NCBI RefSeq assembly: GCF_039654945.1
Contig: NW_027361827.1
Span: 1,550,001 to 1,614,000, forward strand
Source of the DNA: Dendrobates tinctorius
Lineage: Eukaryota
Reading direction: 5' to 3'
DNA: 64,000 nt
Below the pieces are notes generated by a model. The model did no database searches. It worked only from the letters and a program-made list of their open reading frames with translations, and was not told where the DNA came from. Numbering within the stretch: position 1 is the first letter of the stretch; each line of letters opens with the position of its first letter. Shown in pieces: positions 12,939-25,642 of this stretch. The translations under genes were made by a program, and so were the position numbers.

Positions 12939-13276
12939 GTATGTTGTCTATTTTATATTGAAGGGGTTAAGTAGTGACATTGGCGGCATGTTACAAAGAA
13001 ATGAATTGCCATTTACAAATGGCAGGATAGAGTACAGTCTGCAGGGAATATAGGTTTTGCTTCAACATAAATGTTCCCTTTTCACAAATCTTGTTCACAC
13101 CTTGTGATGCCTTGTAAGTCAGAGCGTTTTCCCCCATTGTAAATGTATGTATAATATAGGAGGAAGAGCCGATCAAGTTCTTTCGGTTTATAATAAAACA
13201 TATGTGTACATTTTTATTTATAGGCTTCATCAAATGCTTACACTAATGCCCAAACTTTGCTGCAACTTTTTCCTTA

Positions 13277-13737
13277 CGTATTTTCCTGCGTATAAGACGA
13301 TGTTGTTGGATGATGGGAGCGGTTGTCTCTTCAGTTGACACCAGTAACCGGGGGTAAAGTTTATACCTCCGATCACAGCTGAGCGCTCCCGCTGTCTTTT
13401 GACAGTGTGGAAACCGCGCCTCTCTGACCGGCGGGGATGATTTCCCTGCCAATCAGAAGCTGTGTTTGACGCGCTGTCATGCACATGGCAGCGAGACAAA
13501 CACCTGGTGTCCGGGCACCTGAATAGTACAGAACTTTACTGTTTGGGTTTGCCCATCTCTACAGAGGACTGCAGTGAAGCGGCGCAGGCCACACTCTCTT
13601 TTTTCCATACCCCGGGCGTTCCCGACGCCTGTAGCTTGCTTCAATAAAAACGATACCCGGCATAAAAGACGACCCCCGACTTTTGAGAAGATTTTCAGGG
13701 GTTAAAAAGTCGTCTAATACGCCAGAAGATAATACGG
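13277..13737. mobile_element. Tc2/pogo-group MITE
   Basis: TA-CGTATTTTCCTGCGTATAAGACGA ... TCGTCTAATACGCCAGAAGATAATACGG-TA. Confidence 0.75.
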
Positions 13738-14111
13738 TAGTTGCCAGATATTTCAGCAGGTTCTGGCACTACTTACTAGAAAATCACTTGTGTCAAGAAT
13801 TTGTGGTTTCTGTTTTCTCAAAAGCTGGTGAAAGCTTCCTACTTGAATAATGGAAAGAACATGATGCAGGTGTCGTAGATGACAGATACAGGAATGTGTA
13901 TGTTGTGTTCCTGTAACTCCGGGAACAGGCAAACGGCTAGTCTGGGGCAGGACTCAAAATTTCCACTTGTCTGAAATAACAAAGTGGTTGTACAAAAGTT
14001 ACACACGTAGACAAACATTCAATTTTATTTCATCAGTTCATTTTGATTAAGTCATTTATAAAGGCCTAAAACAGTCAAAAATGTATAATACAGTATGATG
14101 GCTATATACAT

Positions 14112-14244
14112 NNNNNNNNNNNNNNNNNNNNNNNNNNNNNNNNNNNNNNNNNNNNNNNNNNNNNNNNNNNNNNNNNNNNNNNNNNNNNNNNNNNNNNNNN
14201 NNNNNNNNNNNNNNNNNNNNNNNNNNNNNNNNNNNNNNNNNNNN
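14112..14244. other. Assembly gap (133 N)
   Basis: Run of n. Confidence 0.99.
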
Positions 14245-15212
14245 GAGAGACATTATACTACTGCTGCCTTCTGTCTCCAACATTGTTATTTAATACCTTA
14301 TATTGATTGGATATGCATGGAGCTTTCTAAGCCAAGTTTTATCATTACTAGCTGCTAGAAAGTAGTAAAGAGACATTCCAGTGTAATATATAAATTCTCT
14401 GAAGCTTTCGCTTGCTTGTCACTGTGCAGCAGTAGCCCTTCTGTAAGCCTGCGGGCACGGCCTTCCTGGTATCTGTGTTATGTGTTAGTCTGCAAAGTCT
14501 TTGTCTGTACAAGTCCCCTCTGTATGTTGGTGCCATAGAAATAAAACTTATTATTCAACTTTTGAGTGACATTGGCTTCTGAAAACATTTTTTCTTAAAT
14601 TCCCTATTAGGATCTCCATCAGTTAGGGTCTCTCTAGGGGGCCCTTAGGAATCTGTGCATTGCATAGGTGGCTCATTAATTTAACATTGTGGTGGGGGGG
14701 AAGTCCAGAGAAATTGAGCACTTGTGGTCAGGCTCTCTGGCAGATTACAGCTGATCACAATGACCATTTCTGATCAGTTTATTCACAGGGAATCACTTTA
14801 GGAAACATTGCCTTACTGCCTGTCCAGGAGTACCCTTGTGATCAGAAGAACTTTTATTGGGTTGTTGATCGGAAATTAAATTCCTTCAGACTTCATGGAT
14901 GATTTTAATTGCTATTCTGGCCAGTTGCTGTAATGCATTAAGGGATCCACTAGAAAAGACTTGCTGTTTTTTGTGTCCTAGTTTTGTATGAATGATCACT
15001 TCTACCACTATTTAACTACCAGTACTTTCTTTTATTGTGTTCATTTGCAACGTCAGGACTATTACCAATGAGATATAAGCATTCCTCCATATACGCGTCA
15101 TGTGTTTTAGTGTCTTAGTGAGTACAAGTTGTATACAAGATGTGTAAAAATGTTTCTGTACATAGCCATAATAAGAAACAATAGAATGCACAATAAAGCA
15201 TACAGTATGTTA

Positions 15213-15596
15213 GGACGTTCCCGCGGTCAGTAACTGGCAGCGCTTTGGATGCAGCACATGTCCGCTGTGTCCCAAAGCGCTGCCGGCTATTGAACGTAGG
15301 GATTCTGCATGTGTTCATTGAACCGTGTGGAATCACCGCATCCAATACATTGGACAGGTGAGATTTATCCTGTGGAGACTAGCGTCTCCGCAAGATAAAT
15401 TGACACACTGCGGTCTGGAAAGACGCGCCACATGTCCGTCTCCGCAGGTGATCCGCGGGCATCTGTGCACTCATAGTGGACATGGATTTCATGAAATCCC
15501 CTCCACTATGCTGTAACATCTGGCCGCTGCGGGTTGGACGTTGTGGATGTACGCAGCACCCAACCCGCAGCATTTGCTGACCGTGGGAACATACCC
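15213..15596. mobile_element. PIF/Harbinger-like MITE
   Basis: TTA both sides; GTTCCCGCGGTCAG / CTGACCGTGGGAAC TIRs. Confidence 0.75.
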
Positions 15597-16087
15597 TTAC
15601 TTTTTTATTCCATGACTAAATCGTTTTATTTTGTACCCATGACATTTACTATCCACACAAGTTACTATGTATGTGAAGCTGCTTATTGTCAGCACTCCAT
15701 AGTCCTCTTAAGAACAAAACAGTACAGTGCCGCCACCTATTGTTTTTCCGACTAAGTGTTATGAGTTGCGGTGTTAAAGATTGCATAACTTGATTTTCCT
15801 GGATTATTCCCTGGTGTTAGGGCAATTTATGAATACCAGATACTTATCATTTTGATAGCACCTAGGTTCTTTCTTCAGAAAAGCAAACTGAAACTGATGC
15901 ACACATTTATTTGCTAAATCTCAAAGAATTCTAAGAATCATTTTCAGAAACAGCGATGGGTACCTGGTATGCGGAATGGTATTTCTTGTCTACATACAGA
16001 TATATTAGGCAGTTATGCTGCCACTCAGTGTACAGATTTTTCATAATTGCATGTAGTCGTTTTAGCACAGAAAACATTATCTCATTT

Positions 16088-16389
16088 AGCTGTCTACAAA
16101 TATCTAAAGGGCTGTCACATTGTAGAAGGATCAACTTTATTCTCATTTGCACAAGGAAAGACTAGAAGCAACGGGATGAAACTGAATGGGAAGAGACACA
16201 GATTAGATATTAGAAAAAACTTTTTGACAGAGTGATCAATGAGTGGAACAGGCTGCCACGAGAAGTGGTGAGTTCTCCTTCAATGGAAGTCTTCAAACAG
16301 AGGCTGGACAGACATCTGACTGGGATGATTTAGCGAATCCTGCTTTGAGCAGGGGGTTGGACCAGATGGCCCAGGAGGTCCCTTCCAAC
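16088..16389 (+). mobile_element. CR1 LINE 3' end, 5'-truncated
   Basis: ORF2 C-terminus (VYKYLKG..TRSNGMKL..RKNF, EWNRLP) and ATTCTATGATTCTA tail. Confidence 0.9.
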
Positions 16390-16561
16390 TCTACCATTCT
16401 ATGATTCTAGAACAAGTGTATTTTATTTTGCGTACAAATCAGAATTTTTATGAAAAAAGGTAAAACATTAAAGAGGTAGTTCACCTTTGGGAACACTGCA
16501 TAGTTTGCCCCCTTTTGCACTGTCTATTGCTGGGTGAAACCAAATTGCAAAAATTACTTAA

Positions 16562-17997
16562 CCCCTTAGTGACCGAGCCAATTTTGACCTTAATGACAAG
16601 GCTACATTTTGCATTTCTGAACAGTGTCACTTTGAGGTTTTTTTTCATGACATATTGTGCTTCATGATAGTAGTAAAATGTATTCGATGTGACTTGTGTT
16701 TAATTGTGAAAAAAAATGGAAATTTGGCGGAAAATTTTAAAATGTCTAAATTTTCAAACTTTTAATTCTACTGCCCTTAAATCGGAGAGATACATCACAC
16801 AAAATAGTTTAAAAATAACATTTCTCACATGTTTACTTTACATCAGCACAATTCTGGAAACATACCGTAATTTAGTTGGAAGTTAGAGGAGTTAAGTTGA
16901 CCAGCGATTTCACATTTTTCCAACAAAATTTACAAAACCATTTTTTTTTAGGGACCACCTCACATTTGATATTAATTTGAAGAGTATGTGTGACAAAAAA
17001 TACCCAAAAGTGGCACCATTCTAAAAACTGCACCCCTGAAGGTGCTCAAAACCACATTCAAGAAGTTTATTAATCCTTCAGGTGCTTCACGAGAGCTAAA
17101 GCAATGTGGAAGAAAAAAATGAATATTTCATTTTTTTCACAAAAAATTACTTCAGACCCAAACTTTTTTATTTTCACAAGGAAAAAAATGGAACCCCAAA
17201 TTTGTTCTGCAATTTCTCCTGAATACGCCATACCTTATTTGTGGGGGAAATCTATTGTTTGGGCGCACGGCAGGGCTCAGAAGGGAAGGGGTGCCATTTG
17301 ACGTCTTGAATGTAAAATTTGCTGGAATAATTAGTGGATGCCATGTTGCATTTGGAGAGCCCCTAATGTGCCTAAACAGTTGAAACCCCCCCACAAGTGA
17401 CTCCATGTTGGAAACCACACCCCACAAAGATTTTATCCAGGGGTATAGTAAGCATTTTGAACCCACAGTCCGTCATATTGAATGTCATCATTATTGTTGA
17501 GCACAAGTACTCGCTACTCCAGTTTGCATAACCCTAAACCTAACTCTAAGCCCAACTGCAAAGAATGGAAAAAATATTTATATATTTTATCATTTTTATC
17601 TAACTAAGGGTGTTTTAATTTGATCACTGTGATAGACCCTATTACAGTGATCAAAGGGAACCAAGAGGAAAAATGTCCTATAGTTGCCAGGTACTGGCCA
17701 GCAGATCTGCGCCCACCATTTTTTTCCAGGAAGGTGACGCCGGGCAGGGGACTGATGAGGAGTGGCCGGGGATGGCGGAGGTTGGGAGGGGCATCATTTC
17801 TTTCTCTTCTGACTTGTATCATGTCAGAGGAGAGAGAAACCATTGCAGCAGCAGGCACACTTTTTATGGTGATCGCCGTTATTCACTGAATAACGGCAAT
17901 CATGTGATCGGACACTGGAAAATCCAACTGTGATCATATTTTTTGGGGCTTCAGCTACCCCTTTGCGGCGGAGTTTTACTCAGCGGTCGCTAAGGGG
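16562..17997. mobile_element. piggyBac-like non-autonomous element
   Basis: TTAA-CCCCTTAG ... CTAAGGGG-TTAA. Confidence 0.85.
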
Positions 17998-18386
17998 TTA
18001 AGTTCTAAAAAAAAAAAAAAAAAAAAAACCATTCCCCAGTGGTGAACAACCCCTTTGGTTATGTGCACACATTTAGCATTTACAGCGGATTTTAACAGGA
18101 AAATACACGATTTTGATGATTTTTTTTTTTCCTTTTTTTTTTATCCAATTTATTTCCATGGTGAAAAAAACTGCAAAAACACTGAGAGTTGACAAGCTTT
18201 GAAGATTCTGATTTGCAAGGAAAAAAATAAGCAGCATGTGCTTGAGTTTCAGAAATCTCATTCACTTTGCAGATGCAGTAAAATTGTTTTTTTTCACAGT
18301 AAAAGTGTAATGTGTGAAGAAGACCTTTAAAGGGTTATTTACACAGGTATAGATGTAGTATTACTAGGATTTGCTTTCAGCTTCAT

Positions 18387-18710
18387 GCTAATTATGCAAA
18401 TTGTCTCTTCAGATCTCACACTTTGCACTGACGAGGGGCAGTATCCTGAAACACAGTGTCTGCAAATTGAGATTCTGGCTTGGCTTTTATCATAAGTCAT
18501 GTGACAAGGCTCGTTAAAGGATCGACATTGACTTTTAGGATTGCTACTTCCAATAGGTGGCACTAGAGTTCTAGTCCTCTTCCTCTCTGAAGAGACAATT
18601 TGCATAATTAGCGTATTTCCCAGAGGAGCATTGCGGCTTTAAGTCTCCTCATCTCGACATGCTTAGCATGTCATTCTCCTCAAGGAGAAATGATACTTCT
18701 TGGATATCTT
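18387..18710 (+). mobile_element. Short hammerhead-containing Penelope- or retrozyme-like unit
   Basis: Hammerhead plus perfect 27-bp inverted repeat (18387-18413 / 18586-18612); outer boundaries approximate. Confidence 0.55.
18413..18473 (+). ncRNA. Minimal type I hammerhead ribozyme motif
   Basis: UUUGCA-CUGACGA-GGGG(cagua)UCCU-GAA-ACACAGUGU-C-UGCAAA: stem I, both core boxes, GUC site (cleavage after 18460), palindromic stem III. Confidence 0.8.
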
Positions 18711-19245
18711 TCAGCTTTATGTAACTGGAGCCATGCTGCAGACTTTGCATAGTTTGTAGCTAGGGAGGGTCGGATAATAACTGAAAGGGACATCATGATA
18801 AACCAGCAGTATGGTCCCTTCAAGCCCATGATCAGTGGGGGGGGTCAATGGAGTCAGACCCTCCCTGAACAAGTCTTGGGATATGCTATCTCTTTCTGTG
18901 ATGCAACCTTTGAGCATAATGTTAGCAGTCTGTTAGTTAAAGCTTTGAAGTCATTGTAGTTTTGATTCCAATAGTGTGAAAATTGTGGTTGTGGAGGGTC
19001 GCCATCACTTAGGTATTGTGAGGCCTCCTAGCAATACACTTAAAAGAAAAGAGGAGCATTATAATGACCAATTACCAGAATTTCAAACAGAAGTAACATG
19101 ATCCAAGGTATTGCACTGTTGAACTATAAATGAGTGAATGAATCTTGATTATATAATTAAATGCTTCAAGAATATTTTGAAAAAGAATACTATGCAGCCT
19201 AATCTTCAGTTTGGATAATGACTAAAGTTGTGCTTACCCTTACAG

Positions 19246-19394
19246 ATTTCATGCATTCTCTCAAGTTCCCTATTTCCGAGTACTTGTCTGTGGTGGTGAT
19301 GGTACAGTTGGATGGGTGCTTGGTGCCCTTGAGGAAATTAGGCACAAGTTAGTTTGTACAGAACCTTCTATAGCTGTCCTTCCTCTTGGAACAG
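19246..19394 (+). CDS. DGKQ: DGKQ coding exon with GGDGT ATP-binding motif
   Basis: [17 protein letters not shown]...AVLPLGT; ttacag acceptor, gtaaat donor. Confidence 0.97.
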
Positions 19395-19500
19395 GTAAAT
19401 GGAAGCATTTTTCAGGACTTTTTTTCTCTAGATAAAATGACCTTTATCACAATGTGCATTTTAATGTACAGTATACTGGCCTTTATTGCAATAACTTATT

Positions 19501-19603
19501 ACATCTGTCTGAGATGGTTTAGTGAATCCTGCATTGAGCAGGGGGTTGGACTCTATGACTCTTGAAATCCCTTACAACTCCAACATTCTATAACTCTATG
19601 ATT
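19501..19603 (+). mobile_element. CR1 3' terminal fragment
   Basis: Matches 16310-16389 (GAATCCTGC.TTGAGCAGGGGGTTGGAC, ATTCTAT tail). Confidence 0.85.
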
Positions 19604-20014
19604 AATGTGTAACTGTATGTGTTCAGACACTGTAAATTTGCAGTACTATAAATAAGGATAGAGTTTTCAAATTTCACTTATTGAAATAGGGTGACACTTC
19701 TGAAAGGTATGTAAAATAGCATTGCAGATATTTTACATTGTAAAATATTGTTTAAGTCAATCATGAACAAACTTTAGTGAAGTTTGTTATACTACTATCA
19801 TTCTTGGAATAAAAACCATGGAAAAGATAAAAAAGTAAAACTGTATTTACAAGGCTTTGTTCACCTATTTCAAATTTGTCATTGTTCAAACTTAGATTAA
19901 TGAAAGTGACAAACACAAATCACTACCGTCAGTTTCCTATTGATAGCAATATCCACAGCATGTACCAGAAAAATAATGATGAATATATTGATGGGACTTG
20001 ATTGCTCCATTGTA

Positions 20015-21361
20015 GAACCTCAATTTAAAAAAGTTGGGATGCTGTGTACAATGTAAAGAAAAAAGGATGCAGTAATTTGGAAATCTGTAATAGGCATTTT
20101 TTTCACAGCAGAACATAGAACACCTCAGAAGTTGACATACCTGTTTCAATATCATTTGAAAAAACTAACTCGTTTAGAAATTGATGGCAGTACCCCAGCT
20201 CAAAAAGGTTGGGTTAACAAAAAGTTGGAAACGTAAGTGTTACTAAGAGCTGGAAGGTCAATTTTCACATGACTGTAAAAAGAGCATGTTAGAGAGGCAG
20301 AGTCTCTCAGAAGCAAAGATGGTCAGAGGTTCACTAATTTGTGAACTGCATCTGAAAATTCTGGAACAGAAAAAAATTATCACTGCAGAATTGCAAAGAC
20401 TTTGGGTATCTCACCATCAACAGTACACAACAGCTAAAAATTCAGAGATTCTGGGGAAATACATGTTAGCAAACGACAAGTCCTCGGAAGCACTGCATTA
20501 AAAACAGGCATGAGCAAACTTTGTGTAACCCACAAATGCAAGTTAAAATTCTAACATGCAAAGAAGAAGCCATATCAACAGAATCCAGAAACTCTGCTGT
20601 CAATTTAATATGGACTGAGGCAAAATGGAAAATTATTCTCTGATCAGATTAATCACAATGTGAAATTATTTCTCGAAACCATGTATGCCATGTCCTGCAG
20701 AATCAAGAGGAGAGGAACCATCCATCTTGTTCTCAACACATAGTTCAAAAGCCTGCACATCTTAAAAGGCTCAATCAATGCTGAGCATTACATGAATGTT
20801 TTATAGCAACATATGCTCCATCCAGACAACATCTATTTCAGGGAAGGGGTGGTATATTTCAAGAAGAGTATGCTAAACCATATACAGTATCTATCACAAC
20901 AGCATGGCTTCACAGAAGAAGAGTTCGAGTGATGAAATGGCCACTTGCAGTCCAGACCTTTCATCATCAGATAACATTTAACAGAGTATGAGACAAAAAA
21001 ATCCAGCAAAAACCCAGGACTGTTGAGCAGCTAGAATCCTACATCAGACAAGAATGAGACAACATTCCTATCCTAAAACTCAACAAATTTGCCACCCTAT
21101 TTCCCAGACATTTTCAGACTGCTGTAAGTAGAAGATGATAGACCTAGTTCTCTCCAAACGTTTTGGAGATGTGTCTCTGCCATTAATGTCTAAATGAGTT
21201 AATTTTTTTTTCAAATGAAATGGAAAAATGTCTGACTTACATCTTCTAATCTGTGTTGTATGTTCTGTTGGGAATATGATATGGCTATAAGAGATTTCCA
21301 AGTCATTCCTTCTTGATTTCTACATTTTACACCGTGTCCAAGCTCTGGTAGATTGAGGTTA
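20015..21361 (+). mobile_element. Heavily decayed Tc1 element
   Basis: AACCTCAAT/ATTGAGGTT ends with TA flanks; remnants such as ITTAWLHRRRVRVMKWP and SPDLS. Confidence 0.75.
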
Positions 21362-21568
21362 TAAATCAGTGGGGTCCATCCAGAGGTATCCATCATTTTT
21401 TGGATTTGGCTATGCATTGTGATTTATATTATAAATGTTGGCCACAATGGAAATGTAAATAAAGTGTTCCAGGTAAAATGCTATCTACAGAGCTGCTTTT
21501 TTTAATAAGTGACCTGAAATTTTGATGCATTTGTGTAGAAATTGATAAAGTTGCATATTTTTCCCTAG

Positions 21569-21750
21569 GAAATGATCTAGGGAGAGTTCTTCGATGGGGA
21601 GCTGGCTATACTGGTGAGGATCCATTTTCAATCCTCATATCTGTAGATGAAGCTGAAAATGTCCTCATGGATCGTTGGACCATACTTCTAGATGCTCAGG
21701 AGGTGGTTGATTCAATGGAAAATGGTATATCTGAACCTGAACCACCAAAG
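21569..21750 (+). CDS. DGKQ: DGKQ coding exon (GNDLGRVLRWGAGY...EPEPPK)
   Basis: ccctag acceptor, gtatga donor; LMDRW motif. Confidence 0.97.
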
Positions 21751-22116
21751 GTATGATGGTTGTCTTTTCTATTCATGCTTGATGCTGGCTATAATGCTAA
21801 TGGTATCCTCTCATGACAAAACTAATCTTAGCTGGCCTCTCCTAACATTATTGGTAGAATTAGCGGCTTTATTGCTAGCTTCCTTTTTATCAGACAATTG
21901 ATTTGTTTCTATGCTTAATTGATATTAGGGAGGCAATATTGAGAATAACTGCAGGTTTTAGCAGTTAATCAGATAGTCGCTTCATTAGGCTGATATTTAA
22001 TATTAGAATTGTTTATCAATGTATATTAAGAATTGTGGGCAAGTTTCCACTTACCCAATGACTGCTGGTCAGCTACATCTTTGCCCATCAGCAGTCGTAC
22101 AATAGTACAATATTTA

Positions 22117-22486
22117 AGCCCCCGTTACACATAGCGATATCGCTAACAATATCGCTGTAACGTCACCGATTTTGTGACGTAGCAGTGATATTGCTAGCGA
22201 TATCGCTATGTCTGATACCTCCGACCGGCTCCCCCGCTGATCGCGCAAGAACATCCTGGACCATTTCTAGTCGGGCGCTTCCTGTGGCGCCGACGAGCGA
22301 CGCGTGGACACGGGCGGGAGGACGTCAGGATCGCCGCGTCTGACAGGTAAGTAGCGACCCCCGACCCCTGCTATGTCGCTGGTGAGATCTGCCTGTGTGG
22401 CAGCTCACTAGCGACCATTTAGCGATGCACCAGCGATCCATATCGTTGTCGGGATCGCTGGTGCATCGCTAGGTGTAACGGTACCC
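22117..22486. mobile_element. PIF/Harbinger-like MITE
   Basis: CCGTTACAC..AGCGAT / ATCGCTAGGTGTAACGG; TTA/TAA flanks; same family as 6145. Confidence 0.8.
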
Positions 22487-22865
22487 TAAGTCAGGCTGAC
22501 CATATTTTCCATTTGCACAGAACGACAGGTAATAGATCATTCTGTGTCCATACATTCTGCCAGAAACCATTATTTTTAAACCAGCTTAAAAAATAATTTC
22601 ACCCGATGGACTAGCATTTTGTTTTGCTTGTTCGTTCAGTGAATGGTGACCTGGTTACACTGGACAATTATTGGAAATTAAGCTTTCCTAGGAATAATGT
22701 TCATTATAACTGGACAGTGTTAATGCGCCATAAGAAATTAAGTCCTAATTCGTCTGCTCAGTCAATAAAGACAGTTTTTTTTTCCTTGCGGAATTACAAT
22801 TTTGGATACCACTTTGCAGTGAAAATTATGATTTATTTTTTTTTACCAATGCTTTTATGTTCTAG

Positions 22866-22966
22866 ATTGTGCAAATGAACAACTATTGTGGGATTGGGAT
22901 TGATGCTGAATTAAGCTTAGATTTTCATCATGCCCGTGAAATTGAGCCTGGAAAATTCAATAGCAG
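22866..22966 (+). CDS. DGKQ: DGKQ coding exon ([21 protein letters not shown]...KFNSR)
   Basis: ttctag acceptor, gtaatt donor; start of DAGK accessory domain. Confidence 0.97.
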
Positions 22967-23054
22967 GTAATTTTCTTCTGTGTTTCACACACAGCTTTAT
23001 TTTAGGCGTGTTCTGCCTCTCACTTATACCATACATATGGCATTTATCTTCAAG

Positions 23055-23201
23055 GTTCCACAACAAAGGCGTGTATGTGAAAGCTGGTTTGCAGAAGCTA
23101 AGTCACAATCGAAATTTACATAAAGATCTAAAGCTTCAGGTTGACCAGCAAGAAGTGGAGCTTCCAAATATTGAAGGACTTATCTTCTTAAATATTCCCA
23201 G
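23055..23201 (+). CDS. DGKQ: DGKQ coding exon (FHNKGVYVKAGLQK...LIFLNIPS)
   Basis: cttcaag acceptor, gtagat donor; phase 2-2. Confidence 0.96.
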
Positions 23202-23959
23202 GTAGATAATGTGATAAACCAAAATTGACGCTTATTTCTAGATTAAATGTAAAGTAAAATATCTACGTTTAAATGTTTACATTTATTAGAGGGCTGGCTA
23301 GGACAACCCAACTAATCACAGAGTCCAGAAGCTAAGAGTAAACGGAGCTGGAACTTTGCACATTGGCCATGAAGTGACTGCTCACTGCAAGTCAGCTGTG
23401 AATGAACTGAAAGTAATCGGACCTGTAGTACCTGAAAATGCCCACTACTCTGTGTACAGAGCAATGTTGTTCCAGTTCTGTACATTGTTAACTTGTAACT
23501 GCTGTGGGACCAACTAATAGCTAATCATGGTTTGCTGGCAGACCCCCACTGATCTGGGCAGTCCCTTTAATAACGCTATAGCCTGTCTATTCAGGCAGTT
23601 ATGTCATATGATGCCTACTGGGTCCAAATTATGTCGGGAAATAGCACCTTACAACTTTACAGTTCATGTTCTAGTATGTGAATGCTGGAGCACCAACAGC
23701 TAAACTTACAAGACTTTTACTAGTGTTTAGTCATGTTTCTGTACAAAGATAGGCATCCATTTTTCAGAAGCGCTAGTTTTGACATTCTTATGAATAAGAC
23801 CAGAGTTGTGATTTCAATGTTTCATTCATTTTTTGGAAGGGGGTGAATATGAGAAAGTATTAACAGTTTTGTTTTTTTCATGTGCTTTCGTGGCCAAAAG
23901 TTTTGAGACTCACAGAAATTTTAGTTTTCCCAAAATTAACTGCTTTAATTCTTAAAGTT

Positions 23960-24140
23960 CATAGAATATTAGAGTTGGAAGGGACCTCAAGGGTCCTAGA
24001 GTCCAACCCCCTTCTCAATGCAGTACTCACTAAACCGTCCCCGACGTTTTGTAATGTCTTTTATAAAAAGTGGTGCCCAGAACTGGACACAGTATTCCAT
24101 ATGAGGGCATAATTACTTCCCGATCTAGACTTTATGCTTC
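23960..24140 (-). mobile_element. CR1 fragment
   Basis: CATAGAAT..TAGAGTTGGAAGGGACCTC is the reverse complement of the CR1 tail; GTGCCCAGAACTGGACACAGTATTC encodes EYCVQFW. Confidence 0.75.
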
Positions 24141-24644
24141 TCTTAATATAGAACTCTGTTTGCCTTTTAGTGGTAATTGGCATTAAATCTAGATTATTAT
24201 GGAGGATAATCAGATGAATTACAAAGTCATTTCTTGCCATGAAAATTAACTTATTCACACAAACCCATTCAAAGTGAGTGTTTCAATTGCTGTAAAGTAA
24301 TGTACAGTGGACCCGAGAAAGATCAGTAAGTTCATTGATCGTCTGTTAAAGAGGACACAGAATCTGTTAAACACCATTGACGTTTGCCTAGTAATGACAG
24401 CAAGCAAGTGTTGGCGCTTCTGCACACGCAGTGAGGCAAAGGCTTTTGGAGGCTGGCCTTGTGTTTAGAAGGGCAGCAAAATAAAACCCCACTTCTTTTA
24501 AAGAGAAACAACAAATACAGATTTACATTCTGCAGGAAGTACAGACATTGGACCCCAGAGAACTGGAGTAAAGTTATTTTCTCTGATCAAGTCCCCTTTA
24601 AACAGTTCAGGACATCTAGAGAAATTATTGCACGAAAAGGTGAT

Positions 24645-24903
24645 TCGTGATGAATGAACCTCTGTTAACGTGTTATCCTAGTATCTTGGGCATGCTCGCG
24701 TAATATGTTCAAGACCCTACGGCTGCATGTTTTGCGTCTGTTAGACAGCCACAAAACATGCGAGGATTGCCTAACAATCAGGTAATCCCCGCATCAAATG
24801 GCCGTGAGGACTCGGACATATTATTCGAACATGGCCAAGATACTCGGCTAACACTCGAGCATGTTCGGGTAACACGTTGTCCAAACATGTTGGCTCATCA
24901 CTA
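24645..24903. mobile_element. hAT-type MITE (TAGTGATGAGC family)
   Basis: Ends GCTCATCACTA; TSD AAGGTGAT/AAGGTGAC. Confidence 0.75.
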
Positions 24904-25642
24904 AAGGTGACACCATGAGTCCTGTGACATGCCAACAGTAAACCATTCATGTGTGGGGTTGCTTTTCATCCAAGGGTGGGACTCGCTCACAATTTTGCCT
25001 AAAAGCACTACTTTGAATAAAGAATGGTCACTAAACATCCTCCAAGAGCAACTTTTTCTAGGAGCAATTTGGTAATGAACAATGCATCTTCCAGTATCAT
25101 GGAGACCATGTCACAAGGCAAAAGAGATAACGAAGTGGGTCTGTGATCCAAAATTTTGGATTCATGCCCAGGAAATTTCAGATCTTAATCCCATTGAGAG
25201 CCTGTCATCAGTCCTCAAAAAGCAGGTGGACAAACAAAAGCTCAGAAATTATGATAAATGCCAAGCACTGATTAGACAAGAATGGGTGGGCATCAGTCAG
25301 GATTTGGCTGAGAAGGTGATATCCAGCATGGCATACAAAGGGACAAATCAAAATCACAGCAATAAAAAAGGATTCAAGTTAACACACTCAGAGATGCAAT
25401 GAAAAAAATGTAAGTTACCTAATTTACATAATAGGTGCAGAAAATCTGCAACATCGAAAACTCACCAACTATTGATTTTGTGGGAACATTAGCCTAAAAG
25501 ATCTGAAAACACTCAAGCTGCATACTTTGTGAAAACCAAAATTTGTGGTTCATTCCAGTGTAACAGTTGATAAACTTATTTTTATAAAAGTACTTCCTAA
25601 CCAGAAGCAAGAGTAAAGTCCTAACTATGCTGACGTTATTAA

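Larger units (their letters stand above)
23880..25555 (+). mobile_element. Decayed Tc1 element with nested CR1 and MITE
   Basis: GTGGCCAAAAGTTTTGAGAC end motif; HWTPENWSKVIFSD and DLNPIE remnants. Confidence 0.7.

Noticed and set aside
14056-14358. ORFs containing X runs
   Set aside because: Artefacts of the N gap
22930-23205. 91-aa ORF spanning two exons
   Set aside because: Out-of-frame ATG reading through the 88-nt intron; only 23055-23201 is coding in that frame
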